Source: Lentisphaeria bacterium (lineage in GTDB: Bacteria; Verrucomicrobiota; Lentisphaeria; JABSQK01; JAWLHB01). From it: DNA of 51,261 nt. Under the pieces are notes generated by a model, which worked only from the letters and a program-made list of their open reading frames with translations, did not search any database and had not been told where the DNA came from. Position numbers and translations under genes: made by a program. Positions 9,007 through 19,286 of the stretch are shown here, in pieces; positions within the stretch are counted from its first letter, which is position 1; the number at the start of each line of letters is the position of its first letter. The stretch is taken from NCBI GenBank assembly GCA_041690595.1, contig JAWLHB010000013.1, positions 124,001-175,261 on the forward strand. Direction: 5' to 3'.

Positions 9007-9052
9007 AAAAAAGCGCCGCCAATGCCGCCGTTCGGGCGGCGCTGGTCGGCGC
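9007..9052 (-). terminator. Rho-independent terminator after the xylose isomerase gene
   Basis: Long GC hairpin (gccgcc-gttcg-ggcggc core with extended gcgccg/cggcgc arms) followed by U6 on the minus strand. Confidence 0.7.
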
Positions 9053-9074
9053 TCCTTTCAGCTCAAAAGATGCC

Positions 9075-10109
9075 TCAGCGGTTGAGCAGGGCCTTCATGA
9101 TGTACAGATCGAGGGCCTCGTAATCCCGCTCGTCGATCCACCCGTCAATCTTCGCCTGGTCAAGACCGCGCGAAATCTCCAGCAAGGCCATGAAGACTTC
9201 ACGGCTGTTGCTAAGATGAGCCGTCGCGTTCTCGTCCTTCTGCGTACGCATCGCCTTGACGTCCAAGCCGACCCATTCGCCGTCCGTCCCATAGTCATGA
9301 GCGTCGAGGATGCGCACCTGGTTGAAGGCGCGGCGCAGATCGACCGAGCCGAAGGTCTTGTCCTGGTCGAACTTCAGCCCGTTCTGGTCGTTCAGGTGTA
9401 CGGTCCACAACTTGTCGCAGGCCAGCGCAAAGCCCATTTCGTCGGACGGATCCAGACCGGCCAGAATTGCGTGGGCGCTCTCGATATTGACGCCGACTCT
9501 GCTGGGATCGTTGGTCATCGAAGCCAGCGCGATGGCGTGCCCGGTCGTCGGAATGTAGGCCAGATCCATGGGCTCGTTCGGCTTCGGCTCGATGGCGATG
9601 CGGATATCCGGGTCGTACGCCAGCATGTCATCGATCGCGTCCACCAGATGCTCGACCGCCACCCGGCTGTCCTTGGCTTCACGGATATAGGTCCCCTCGC
9701 GGGCAAGCCAGAGGACGATCAGCCGCGTGTCCAGAGCCTTGGCGATATCAATGCAGATGCGCGAGCGCTGGCGGGCATACTCCCGCGTCTTCGGGTCGTT
9801 GGCGGTATAGGCGCCATCTACCGTGCGGGGATCCTCCCACAGGCGCGGCGCGACAAACTCCGCCACCAACCCCTGCTCCTCCAGTTGCCGGCGCACGGCC
9901 TGCGCTTGCTTCTCGATCTGTCCCGCATCCAGCTTGTCCAGCTCCGGTACCGCATCGTCATCGTGGAACTGCACACCATCGAAGCCCAGCTCCTTGTACA
10001 TCGTCAGCTTGCGAGCGAAGTCGATCCCCCGCCGCACCACCGGCCCGAAAGGGTCGGCACCCTCATGAATGTTCCAGGGCCCGAAGGAAAAACGGAATTG
10101 TCCAGCCAT
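9075..10109 (-). CDS. xylA: Xylose isomerase (short, class I-like)
   Basis: FSFGPW..DPFG, FHDDD, W..REG, IEPKPNEP, GVNIE.AH, HLNDQ...FDQD; GAGG RBS before MAGQF. Confidence 0.85.
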   Translation of the reverse strand: MAGQFRFSFGPWNIHEGADPFGPVVRRGIDFARKLTMYKELGFDGVQFHDDDAVPELDKLDAGQIEKQAQAVRRQLEEQGLVAEFVAPRLWEDPRTVDGAYTANDPKTREYARQRSRICIDIAKALDTRLIVLWLAREGTYIREAKDSRVAVEHLVDAIDDMLAYDPDIRIAIEPKPNEPMDLAYIPTTGHAIALASMTNDPSRVGVNIESAHAILAGLDPSDEMGFALACDKLWTVHLNDQNGLKFDQDKTFGSVDLRRAFNQVRILDAHDYGTDGEWVGLDVKAMRTQKDENATAHLSNSREVFMALLEISRGLDQAKIDGWIDERDYEALDLYIMKALLNR

Positions 10110-10167
10110 AGTCTCACCTCTTGTGTACGTGAAAGAGAACGCCTCGCGGCATCGCATGGGCGCGCGT

Positions 10168-10192
10168 ATGTGCCATCACTATAATGGCACAT
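10168..10192. promoter_or_regulatory. Perfect 9-bp inverted repeat (candidate operator) upstream of xylA
   Basis: atgtgccat-cactata-atggcacat; the spacer reads TATAGT on the minus strand. Confidence 0.45.
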
Positions 10193-10218
10193 TTCAGCGC
10201 CACCACCATCAATCGGCG

Positions 10219-11469
10219 TCAGCTGCGGGGAATTGACCCGAGATTGCGCTGCACCTTGGCAACCGCGGCCAGCAATTGTTCGATGTAGGCGTCGCTGCCC
10301 AGCAGATGCGTATGCCCAAGGGTGACCCCCTCTTCGTGAACGACTCTCTCCGTCACCGGCAGCTTCAGCTTTCCATAGTCCTGAACCTTCTTCGCATCGC
10401 GATAAGGTATCGGACTGGTCTTGTCGTAGAGATTGAGCAGCGGGCTCGCGTAAACCGCCGCATACGTGCCGCCAAAGCCGATTCCCTCGGCACTGAGCGC
10501 GCGCAGAAAATCGGCACGAGCGAGACCGTTCGCCTTGTTGGCGTCGTAGTGCAGCGTCAGCGCATAGAAAGACTGCCGCGTCACCCGCTCATCCTGTCTG
10601 GCTACCCGCAACGGTCCGTCAAGCTCCGCCAGACCTTCCCGAATGCGCAGGGCGCTCTCCTCGCGCCGGCGGATCTGCTCCGCCAGTCGCCGCAAGCCGC
10701 CCCGCAGGAGTACGCACTGCATCTCGGTGATGCGGTAATTATGACCATACCGATTGCCCGGCTGCTGACAGCCCGGCATCCAGCCTACCTGTTTCAGGCA
10801 ATACGCGGTCTCGTAGACCTTGTCGTCATTGCAGGTGATGGCACCACCTTCACCACTGGTCAGCACCTTGCTCTGCTGAAAGCTGTAGCTGCCCACATCG
10901 CCGATGGCCCCCGCGCCCACGTTCCGCCAGCGGCTCCCCTGCTGATGGGCCACATCTTCGATCACCCACAGATTGTGTTTGCGCGCGATCTCCATGATCG
11001 CATCCATATCGCACATGCAGCCATACAGATGAACTGGAATCACGGCCCGGGTGCGCGGCGTGATCGCGGCCTCGAATGCCGCCGGTGAGAGGCAGTAGCT
11101 CTCGGGATCGATGTCCGCGAAGACCACATTCGCCCCAATATCCATGGCCGCCTGCGCGGTGGCCACCCAGGTCAGCGCCGGCACAATCACCTCATCCCCC
11201 GGCTCGACCCCGACCGCCTGCAGGGCGCACTGAATCGTCACCGTGCCATTCGCCATCAGCGCGCAATGCTTCGTACCGATGAAGCCCGCGTACTCCTGCT
11301 CGAATGCCTGCTCGTGCGGACCATTCCAGCTCCATTTGCCGCTGCGCACCACGGCATCCATCCAGCTCGATTCCAGCTCCCCCGTCACCGGCCAGTCGGG
11401 TGAACGAAGGTTCATGGCGGGACGCCCGCCAAGCAGGGCCAATTGGGTGTGCGGATTTCCGGCTGACAT
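10219..11469 (-). CDS. DegT/DnrJ/EryC1/StrS PLP aminotransferase (RifK/BtrR-like)
   Basis: NGT, PALTWVAT, PVHLYG, IEDVAH, SFQQSKVLTSGEGG (PLP Lys), NYRITE. Confidence 0.92.
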   Translation of the reverse strand: MSAGNPHTQLALLGGRPAMNLRSPDWPVTGELESSWMDAVVRSGKWSWNGPHEQAFEQEYAGFIGTKHCALMANGTVTIQCALQAVGVEPGDEVIVPALTWVATAQAAMDIGANVVFADIDPESYCLSPAAFEAAITPRTRAVIPVHLYGCMCDMDAIMEIARKHNLWVIEDVAHQQGSRWRNVGAGAIGDVGSYSFQQSKVLTSGEGGAITCNDDKVYETAYCLKQVGWMPGCQQPGNRYGHNYRITEMQCVLLRGGLRRLAEQIRRREESALRIREGLAELDGPLRVARQDERVTRQSFYALTLHYDANKANGLARADFLRALSAEGIGFGGTYAAVYASPLLNLYDKTSPIPYRDAKKVQDYGKLKLPVTERVVHEEGVTLGHTHLLGSDAYIEQLLAAVAKVQRNLGSIPRS

Positions 11470-11589
11470 GGCAAATGCTCCTTTTGTTGTGCGAATCTTG
11501 CGATAGGGATAGTACAGTGTATCGTAACCCGCTCACCATTCAATCTCAACTACCATACCGATATTGCGGCTGCTTGCCGAAAATTGCGC

Positions 11590-12435
11590 ATGAGTTCCCA
11601 ACTCTTCATCCAGCGTTGCCTCCCCCTGCTCAGCCAACCGGAAAGCTGGCGCCTGATCGCTTCCTTCCTCGATCAGCCCACCGCGGTCACGGATCCAGAG
11701 CGGCTGGCCTGGAGCAACGCCCATGCCCACGCCCATGCCTACCGGGAAATCCTCATTACCCTCCGCGGCGACGGCGTCTATGGCTGTCACGACCGCCTCC
11801 ATCGCTGCACGCCTGTTACCGTCATCTTCTTCGACGCCCATGAGCCCCACGATTTCGGTTATCCTCCGGGTGCCGACACCGTCGAACACCTGTGGCTCGT
11901 GGTCCTCCCCGCACAGCTCTTCATCCGTCACCTCGAGGTGCGAAACGGCGCCATTCCCGCCGATGCTCCCACCTGGGTTCTCGACACCCCACCAGCCGCA
12001 ACCCGGCTCAGTGAGAGCTGGGACTGGGCGCGCGGCAGTCGCCACCTCCCTCACAGCCTGCGACGCCTGCGACTCGTTGGCGCCCTCAGCGATATCATCA
12101 GCGCCACGGCCGAACTCGACCTGGTGGAAGGGCCCGGCGAGCGCCTGCGCGTACAGGAGACCGCCGTCGATGCCGTCTGTCAGCACCTGCGGGAAACCGC
12201 CGGCCGCGGTGCCAGTCTCGACACCCTCGCGCGCATGGCAGGCTACAGCAGGTTCCACTTCCTCCGCGTCTTCAAACGCCATACCGGCTGCACCGTCCTG
12301 CGGTATATCGACCGCTGCCGCCTCCATCGCGCCCGTGATCTGCAGGCAGCCAACTATACGCAGCAGGCCATTGCCGATGAGCTGGGCTTCGCCTCCCCCT
12401 CCTCCTTCTCCCGCTGGCTGCGCCGGCAGCGCTGA
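11590..12435 (+). CDS. AraC family transcriptional regulator with a cupin-type sensor
   Basis: HAHAYREI cupin; LARMAGYSRFHFLRVFK and IADELGFASPSSFSR HTH pair; divergent from the aminotransferase. Confidence 0.92.
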   Translation: MSSQLFIQRCLPLLSQPESWRLIASFLDQPTAVTDPERLAWSNAHAHAHAYREILITLRGDGVYGCHDRLHRCTPVTVIFFDAHEPHDFGYPPGADTVEHLWLVVLPAQLFIRHLEVRNGAIPADAPTWVLDTPPAATRLSESWDWARGSRHLPHSLRRLRLVGALSDIISATAELDLVEGPGERLRVQETAVDAVCQHLRETAGRGASLDTLARMAGYSRFHFLRVFKRHTGCTVLRYIDRCRLHRARDLQAANYTQQAIADELGFASPSSFSRWLRRQR

Positions 12436-12436
12436 T

Positions 12437-12868
12437 CTACAGGCAGCGCTCGCTCTCCGGCGAACCATCGCGCGCGTCGTGCCGCTCCCTCGGGGAGTTG
12501 ACTTGCGACATCAAGTGCTCCGCCATCTCTTCGTTATACTGACGATGGCGTTGGCGCAGCTTCATGCAATACCGCAGGTCGATGGCCGCGACCAGAATGG
12601 TCAGCCAGCCGATCAGCACCACGTCGCCCCAGAAGATCAGCGAGCTTCGGATACTCTCCCCCGCCTCGAACGCCAGCACGCCATGGAGCACCTTTCCCAG
12701 CATGAAGACCAGCAGCAACCCGCCTATCAGCCGGATAATCAACTGACGCAGCGAGATCAGGATCCTGCTTCGGCTGAACTGCCACACTTCATACGCGCTC
12801 AACGCCAGCACCCCTGCCGCCAGCATTGCCACGCCGCATGCGATTGCCACCTGTCCGCTGGATGTCAT
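12437..12868 (-). CDS. Hypothetical membrane protein (about 3 TM)
   Basis: Three hydrophobic segments plus a charged C-terminal tail; convergent with araC. Confidence 0.6.
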   Translation of the reverse strand: MTSSGQVAIACGVAMLAAGVLALSAYEVWQFSRSRILISLRQLIIRLIGGLLLVFMLGKVLHGVLAFEAGESIRSSLIFWGDVVLIGWLTILVAAIDLRYCMKLRQRHRQYNEEMAEHLMSQVNSPRERHDARDGSPESERCL

Positions 12869-13289
12869 GATGCTCGCGTCGCCTTAGTCGTTAACACCTT
12901 CGCCTCCCTCTCGGTGAACTAAAATACGTCTCCTCACCTTTCAGTACAAGCGCCACACTGCCGAAACGACGTCGAGAGGCGCGGGGGCTCAGGTAAGCCA
13001 TGTGGTCTGCTCCCGGTTGGCTGTCGATGCGGCCCAACATCAGGCTCACGCAGCACCAAGCCCAAGGAAGCCTGCCAGTCCCATCCGGCGAAGGATCCCC
13101 CTGCACATCCCGCCCGCCGAAGCCGTTCCCTTCCCCGCCGTCTGACTCCCCCCCGCCGCCGCGCAGATCCACCCTCGCCCCTCGGATAAATCTGCCGGAG
13201 GTGCGCCCCCGCAATATTGAATGGGCCTGATGAAAGCTCATGCAGCCAAGATAGCGCCCCCGGCTTACCCGTCCTTATGTGCTTCCTTT

Positions 13290-13334
13290 GGCAGAGACGC
13301 CATTTCCGCGGCCTTGCGTGCCGGCGTCTCTGCC
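13290..13334. repeat. Perfect 12-bp inverted repeat (REP-like or terminator-like) at the left edge of the AT-rich islet
   Basis: ggcagagacgcc (13290-13301) and ggcgtctctgcc (13323-13334), 21-nt loop. Confidence 0.7.
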
Positions 13335-13400
13335 GCCACGCTCAAGAAGGCCGCCGCATGATCACGATCCTACGTTTGCACCCGGTCTGGTCATCAGTAC

Positions 13401-13940
13401 TCACTTACCCCATAGAGCATCAGACCAACTACGAATGGGCTGCGGTTCATCTGAGAAAAATATAGTATGTGAAGTAGGGCCAAGACCAATTTCTTCCATC
13501 GCATGATTTCTTGCAACTCTATTTGCACGTTCCTTATCCAAATACCACAGCGCCAAAAGAGCCTGTCTTCTAATAGATATTTCTTCTGAATCATCCAAAG
13601 CAATATCTGCCAGCGTAGAAGAAGAATAACGTTTCTCACCATACCAACCAAGATAGAGAATGGCATAGCCTCTTCTTTTCATCTTACGGCTCTTGATCCT
13701 TTTATCGATCATAGCCGGCATTTTACTTCCCCCCAAAATAAGTGTATCCATATACATGCTTTCGTTCATGCTGATATTCTCATACTCACTATTCTCAAAC
13801 ATATATATTATTTCGCTAAGCGATTTCAGGAACGTCATACGATAGATGGGAGAAACAATACTCCAAAGAAACCAAGAAACGAAAATGGTGATTCCAGATA
13901 AAGACAGAAGAATAGTTATTACGATACGTTTACTATTCAT
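13401..13940 (-). CDS. AT-rich membrane-anchored protein with HEAT-like helices; candidate orphan immunity protein
   Basis: MNSKRIVITILLSL.. N-terminal TM; RGYAILYLG..LADIALD..IRRQALLAL HEAT-like pattern; composition foreign to the host. Confidence 0.65.
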   Translation of the reverse strand: MNSKRIVITILLSLSGITIFVSWFLWSIVSPIYRMTFLKSLSEIIYMFENSEYENISMNESMYMDTLILGGSKMPAMIDKRIKSRKMKRRGYAILYLGWYGEKRYSSSTLADIALDDSEEISIRRQALLALWYLDKERANRVARNHAMEEIGLGPTSHTIFFSDEPQPIRSWSDALWGK

Positions 13941-14082
13941 AATGTCGCCATCCCGGTCACTGCTTGTTCCATAAGTGTTCAATGTCAAACATGAATGAAC
14001 CTGTGTATATCCTTCCCGTCCTCGGACCAGAGCCAGGTGCGGGTGCGGTGCACTGGCAAAGGCAATAAATCGTATGTTTCAA

Positions 14083-14738
14083 TCAGTGAAGGGTAGTCAC
14101 ACTGGTGCGCAAGGCTACCTTTGCGGAATGACTTACGGCGTAATCAATTGGCAGGCGACCTGTCGAGTCGGGAATACTGGGATCTGCATGCATACTCATC
14201 AAATAGGCATCGCATGTCCTCTATTTCCTTTAGCCGCAAAATGCAGGGCAGTCTTTCCATCACGGTTCGCATAATTAACTGGCACACCGTGCCCGATAAG
14301 CAATGATAGAATCTCTATGCTGCCGTTATAGGCAGCCACCGATAATGGTGTTTCCCCATGTCTTGACTCCCGATTGGGAGCCGCACCATTACTGATCAGA
14401 TATTTGCAAATACGATGGTGGCCGTATTGCGTTGCCCAAAGCAGAGGGGATGCACCGTCTGAATCCATGGCATTTACATAGATACCATGAGCAACAAGAA
14501 CCTCACAGGCATCAAAATTTCCAAGCTGGGCTGCATAATGTAAAAGGGTTCGATGTTTTCTCTTAGATTTGAGATCTACCTTCGATGGATCATTCGTCAG
14601 AATATCGTTCAGTCTTATTGCATTTCCATGCGCAATTGCCTTCCAAGCATTTTGTCTGTAGTGCCTTACGATTAAACTGATCGCAATAACAATACTTGCA
14701 GCAACAGAGATCCAGCAGGAAAACGCATGCTTATTCAT
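14083..14738 (-). pseudogene. Membrane-anchored ankyrin-repeat protein with a frameshift near 14215
   Basis: TLLHYAA, GASPLLWA, GETPLSVAA, GKTALHFAA repeats; in-frame stop at 14199, but another frame continues YLMSMHADPSIPDSTGRLPIDYA.. to TGA at 14083. Confidence 0.75.
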
Positions 14739-14755
14739 GCCAAACTGCCTATGAC

Positions 14756-15170
14756 TTAAAACTGCCATGGGGGACGACCTATTGGGACAATTGCTATTGC
14801 AAAATCCTCGTAGCCATAGGTCCGTTGCCGTAGCGACCTGTGGCGGGATCGGGGATGATGGTGAAAACCAGTGGCCTGCGTCTCCTCTACGATAGCCCGT
14901 TGCGGCTGTATATCCACGTATCGACAACATCGTCGGTCGGATCATCGGGATCAACATTGTCGGCGGCGTGGATCATGCGCCCAGCTTCGTCGTATTGATA
15001 AGACAGGAGCGTGGAGCGATTCGGCACGTCCGGTCCGGGAACGACCTTAATCGCGGTAAGGCGGCTGGCGCCATCGTAGTGGTAGGTGAAGAAGGAGCCG
15101 CGCGGGTCTAGCTTATGCAGGAGGCGACCCTGCTCGTCATACCCGAAGGTATAGACGTTGTTGCCCGCAC
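14756..15170 (-). pseudogene. Rhs/YD-repeat gene remnant
   Basis: TFGYDEQGRLL..TYHYDGASRL..YQYDEAGRM; no credible start; after a frameshift near 14890 it continues VEETQ..RTYGYED..PPWQF* (TAA 14756). Confidence 0.75.
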
Positions 15171-15188
15171 ACGTGCTGGCCCCAGGAT

Positions 15189-15211
15189 CGGCCTGAAGGC
15201 CGGAATCCAAC
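15189..15211. repeat. Short REP-like hairpin
   Basis: cggcc-tgaa-ggccg followed by gaatccaac, just outside the Rhs remnant. Confidence 0.4.
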
Positions 15212-15262
15212 GGGGAACTGTGACACACTGCTTTTCACCAGACCACCAGACGCTTCAGCCGG

Positions 15263-15291
15263 TTGACAACCAGCCACCCAACACGTACAGT
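15263..15291 (+). promoter_or_regulatory. Sigma70-type promoter for miaB
   Basis: TTGACA-17 bp-TACAGT about 105 bp upstream of the miaB start. Confidence 0.65.
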
Positions 15292-15395
15292 ACCCGTTTC
15301 ATCTCCCGACGGGATGACCTTCATTCACCCGCTTGAACTCCAGCGGCGCGGCATCGACGCGACCGCCTCTACGCGATGACTAGTCGGAGCCTCTC

Positions 15396-16799
<1,404 letters not shown>

Positions 16800-16840
16800 C
16801 CGCACAGCCGTGCCGGCAACACCATCGGAATGCATACGAC

Positions 16841-17677
16841 ATGCTCTCATTGATCATCGCGCTCTCAGCAGGACTCCTCATCTCCCTTGCCGTCGCCCTC
16901 GGGCTGGATTCGGGAGGTTGGGGCATCTTTGCGGGAACCATCGGCTTTGTCCTCACCTCCTTCATCCTCAATCGCATCTTCGGCAAGCGGCTCAAGCAGC
17001 TCGTCGAGCGTGTGCAGACAACGCTGACCGCCTCCAAGGATGAGGCCATGCGCTATGTCACGCGCTTCCAGAACAAGCCGATGAGCTCCACCAAGATGAT
17101 GCAGGACAAGATCGAACGGATCATGGAGGATGGCGTACGGCAGGCTCTCGCTATCCTTGACGAAGCGCCGCCCCTCTACAAGTGGAATCTCCTTGCCAAG
17201 AAGCAGATCGACACCCTGCGTTTTCAGCTCTATTACCAAGTGCGCGACTTCAAGAAGGCCGACGAACTCATGAACAACATCTTCCTCATGGATCCCATGA
17301 CCATGGCCATGAAGATGGCGCGCCAGTACGCGCTCGAAGCCCCGGGGCTGGACAAGACCTACGAGAAGGGCGCCAAGAAGTTCAAGTACGAGAAGGGCAT
17401 CATCATCTATGCCCTCTATTCCTGGATCCTTCTCAAGCGCAAGGAATATGGCAAAGCGCTCGAAGTGCTCGACCAGGGTCGCGCCAAGACTGAGAACGAG
17501 GTCCTGCAGCGCAACTGGCAGCAGGTCGCCAACGCCAAGTACAATGCCTTCTCCAACGCCGGCCTCGGCGATGAATGGTACGCCCTGCACCTGGAGAAGC
17601 CGCCGAAGCAGCGGGCCAGTAAGGGACAGATGAAGGGCAACCCAATGATGCCCAAGGGCAAACGCCGCTACTTCTAA
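16841..17677 (+). CDS. Hypothetical membrane-anchored helical (TPR-like) protein
   Basis: Two N-terminal TM segments, helical repeats, basic C-terminus; start re-assigned to MLSLII. Confidence 0.8.
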   Translation: MLSLIIALSAGLLISLAVALGLDSGGWGIFAGTIGFVLTSFILNRIFGKRLKQLVERVQTTLTASKDEAMRYVTRFQNKPMSSTKMMQDKIERIMEDGVRQALAILDEAPPLYKWNLLAKKQIDTLRFQLYYQVRDFKKADELMNNIFLMDPMTMAMKMARQYALEAPGLDKTYEKGAKKFKYEKGIIIYALYSWILLKRKEYGKALEVLDQGRAKTENEVLQRNWQQVANAKYNAFSNAGLGDEWYALHLEKPPKQRASKGQMKGNPMMPKGKRRYF

Positions 17678-17708
17678 GGCTGCGCTTGCCCGTGGACCGA
17701 CCCAGGAG

Positions 17709-18743
17709 GTGAGCATGCGAGTTCTGGTCACCGGTATGATTGCCGGTCTCGATGACGATGGCTACATCCAGCGCGCCCTGGCCATGGGCAGGGAACACGG
17801 GTTGGACATCGCTCATTTCGACCTCATCGATGCTCTCGAAAGCACCGGCGGCAAACGGCTGCACCGCCTCCTTGGCACCACCAATTACCTCTTCGAAGTC
17901 CTCCGCGAGCGTGAGTACCGCAAGATCGGCTTCGACCTGGCCCGACATCAGTCAAAGAATGCCATCATCCGCGTCCCCGCCACCATCGAGTGGAACCGGA
18001 TCAACTACAAGCTCAAGGATCATCGGGAGATCGCCGAGTTCATCCAGCCGGATGTCGTCGTCACCCTCATCGATGCCGAATGGCTGATCCGTGGCCGCTT
18101 CAACGCCGCCAAGCCGGCCAATGATTTTCTCAAGCGCATCAAGGAACAGAACCACACCATTCATGAGATCCTGAGTTGGATGAATGAAGAAGTGAACCTG
18201 GCTGAAGACTGGGCCAACTTCCTCGGCGTACGCCACTACGTGATCCCCATCACCACCAACCCCGGCTCCCTCTGCAAGCTCGTTCAGCACGAGAAGGTTC
18301 CCTCCTTCTACGTCTCCTATTCCATGACCCATGCCGATGCCCAGGCTCGCGCGGAGGTCAACACCGTCATCGAGCGACTGGGAGCCTACGGTCTGGTCAT
18401 TGATCCGCAGGCCATCGAGATCGGCAAAGCCGCCTACGACAACGAACGCGACAAGGAGGCCACCCACGCCTTCACGGTTCATCGCGACCTGCACTGGTTT
18501 GTCGGCAAAGTGGACGGCGTTGTCGCCATTCATCCTTACACCGAGCGCCCTCCCCTTTCCACCGGCATGATGGACGAACTCGGCCACGCCCGTGACTACC
18601 TGAAGGCCCGCTACATGATCTTCCCCCCCAGCAACCTCAGCCCCTTCACCACCAACAGCTACATCGAGCGCGGCCACGTCTTCACCACCACCGAGGAGTT
18701 CTTCCTCTGCCTGGAAGCGGAAGGCTTTCGCCCCCTCAGTTGA
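17709..18743 (+). CDS. Degenerate P-loop kinase-like domain plus nucleoside 2-deoxyribosyltransferase-like domain
   Basis: AGGAGG RBS; N-term RVLVTGMIAGLDDDGY..PDVVVTLID; C-term FYVSYSMTH..RDL..VDGVVA..STGMMDELGHA. Confidence 0.7.
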   Translation: MSMRVLVTGMIAGLDDDGYIQRALAMGREHGLDIAHFDLIDALESTGGKRLHRLLGTTNYLFEVLREREYRKIGFDLARHQSKNAIIRVPATIEWNRINYKLKDHREIAEFIQPDVVVTLIDAEWLIRGRFNAAKPANDFLKRIKEQNHTIHEILSWMNEEVNLAEDWANFLGVRHYVIPITTNPGSLCKLVQHEKVPSFYVSYSMTHADAQARAEVNTVIERLGAYGLVIDPQAIEIGKAAYDNERDKEATHAFTVHRDLHWFVGKVDGVVAIHPYTERPPLSTGMMDELGHARDYLKARYMIFPPSNLSPFTTNSYIERGHVFTTTEEFFLCLEAEGFRPLS

Positions 18744-19146
18744 CCTCGCTCTTGGGCTTCCCCTCCGCCGCTGGCGCCGCATCAGCTTTCGGCACGATCA
18801 GGCGATGGCGCGACCACCACAGCACGCCAAGCACGCACCAGTCCATGGCATAGAAGAAGTATGTCGTCTCCGACACATCGAAGACGAAGAGGGTCACCGT
18901 TCGCACCAGCACCAGCCCCAGCGTCATCCACAACGCCAGAAAAAGCACGCCCAGCGCCAGTGTGCGTACCCGCCTGCCCAGCAGAAGCCCCAGCCCAAGC
19001 CCGATCTCCAGCCCGCCATAGACCGTGACGAACTCGGCCCTCCCAGTCCCGCTCGCCAAGGCATAACCCACATACTGGCTGCTCTCCGACGGCATGACGA
19101 TGCACAACAACCCGGCTACCACAAAGAGTAATCCTGCCAGCAACAT
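18736..19146 (-). CDS. Membrane protein, DUF4345-like
   Basis: Four hydrophobic helices; AEF..VYGGLEIGLG; AGGAG RBS. Confidence 0.7.
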   Translation of the reverse strand: MLLAGLLFVVAGLLCIVMPSESSQYVGYALASGTGRAEFVTVYGGLEIGLGLGLLLGRRVRTLALGVLFLALWMTLGLVLVRTVTLFVFDVSETTYFFYAMDWCVLGVLWWSRHRLIVPKADAAPAAEGKPKSEVN

Positions 19147-19286
19147 GCTTCCGCTCCTTTCTTGAGTGGCTACTATACCGTCAATCCGCAAAACTAACGA
19201 ATAGCACGCGGTGACTGCTCTTGACACACGTCGGTCAGCAATGAAGATTCTTCCATGCACTCATCAGACACAAAGGAGCTTCGCCC

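Noticed and set aside
12960..13230. 6S, SRP, RNase P or tmRNA candidate
   Set aside because: I found none of their diagnostic motifs by eye on either strand; an Infernal search would be needed.
12891..13241. 116-aa minus and 76-aa plus ORFs in the intergenic gap
   Set aside because: They are low-complexity Gly/Pro-rich translations with no RBS or motifs; not supportable as genes.
14739..14957. N-terminal extension of the ankyrin ORF in the track
   Set aside because: It overlaps the Rhs remnant; the TM-bearing MNKH start at 14738 is more plausible.
13290..15211. Prophage or integrative element as the origin of the AT-rich islet
   Set aside because: No integrase, transposase, tRNA target or flanking direct repeats were seen.
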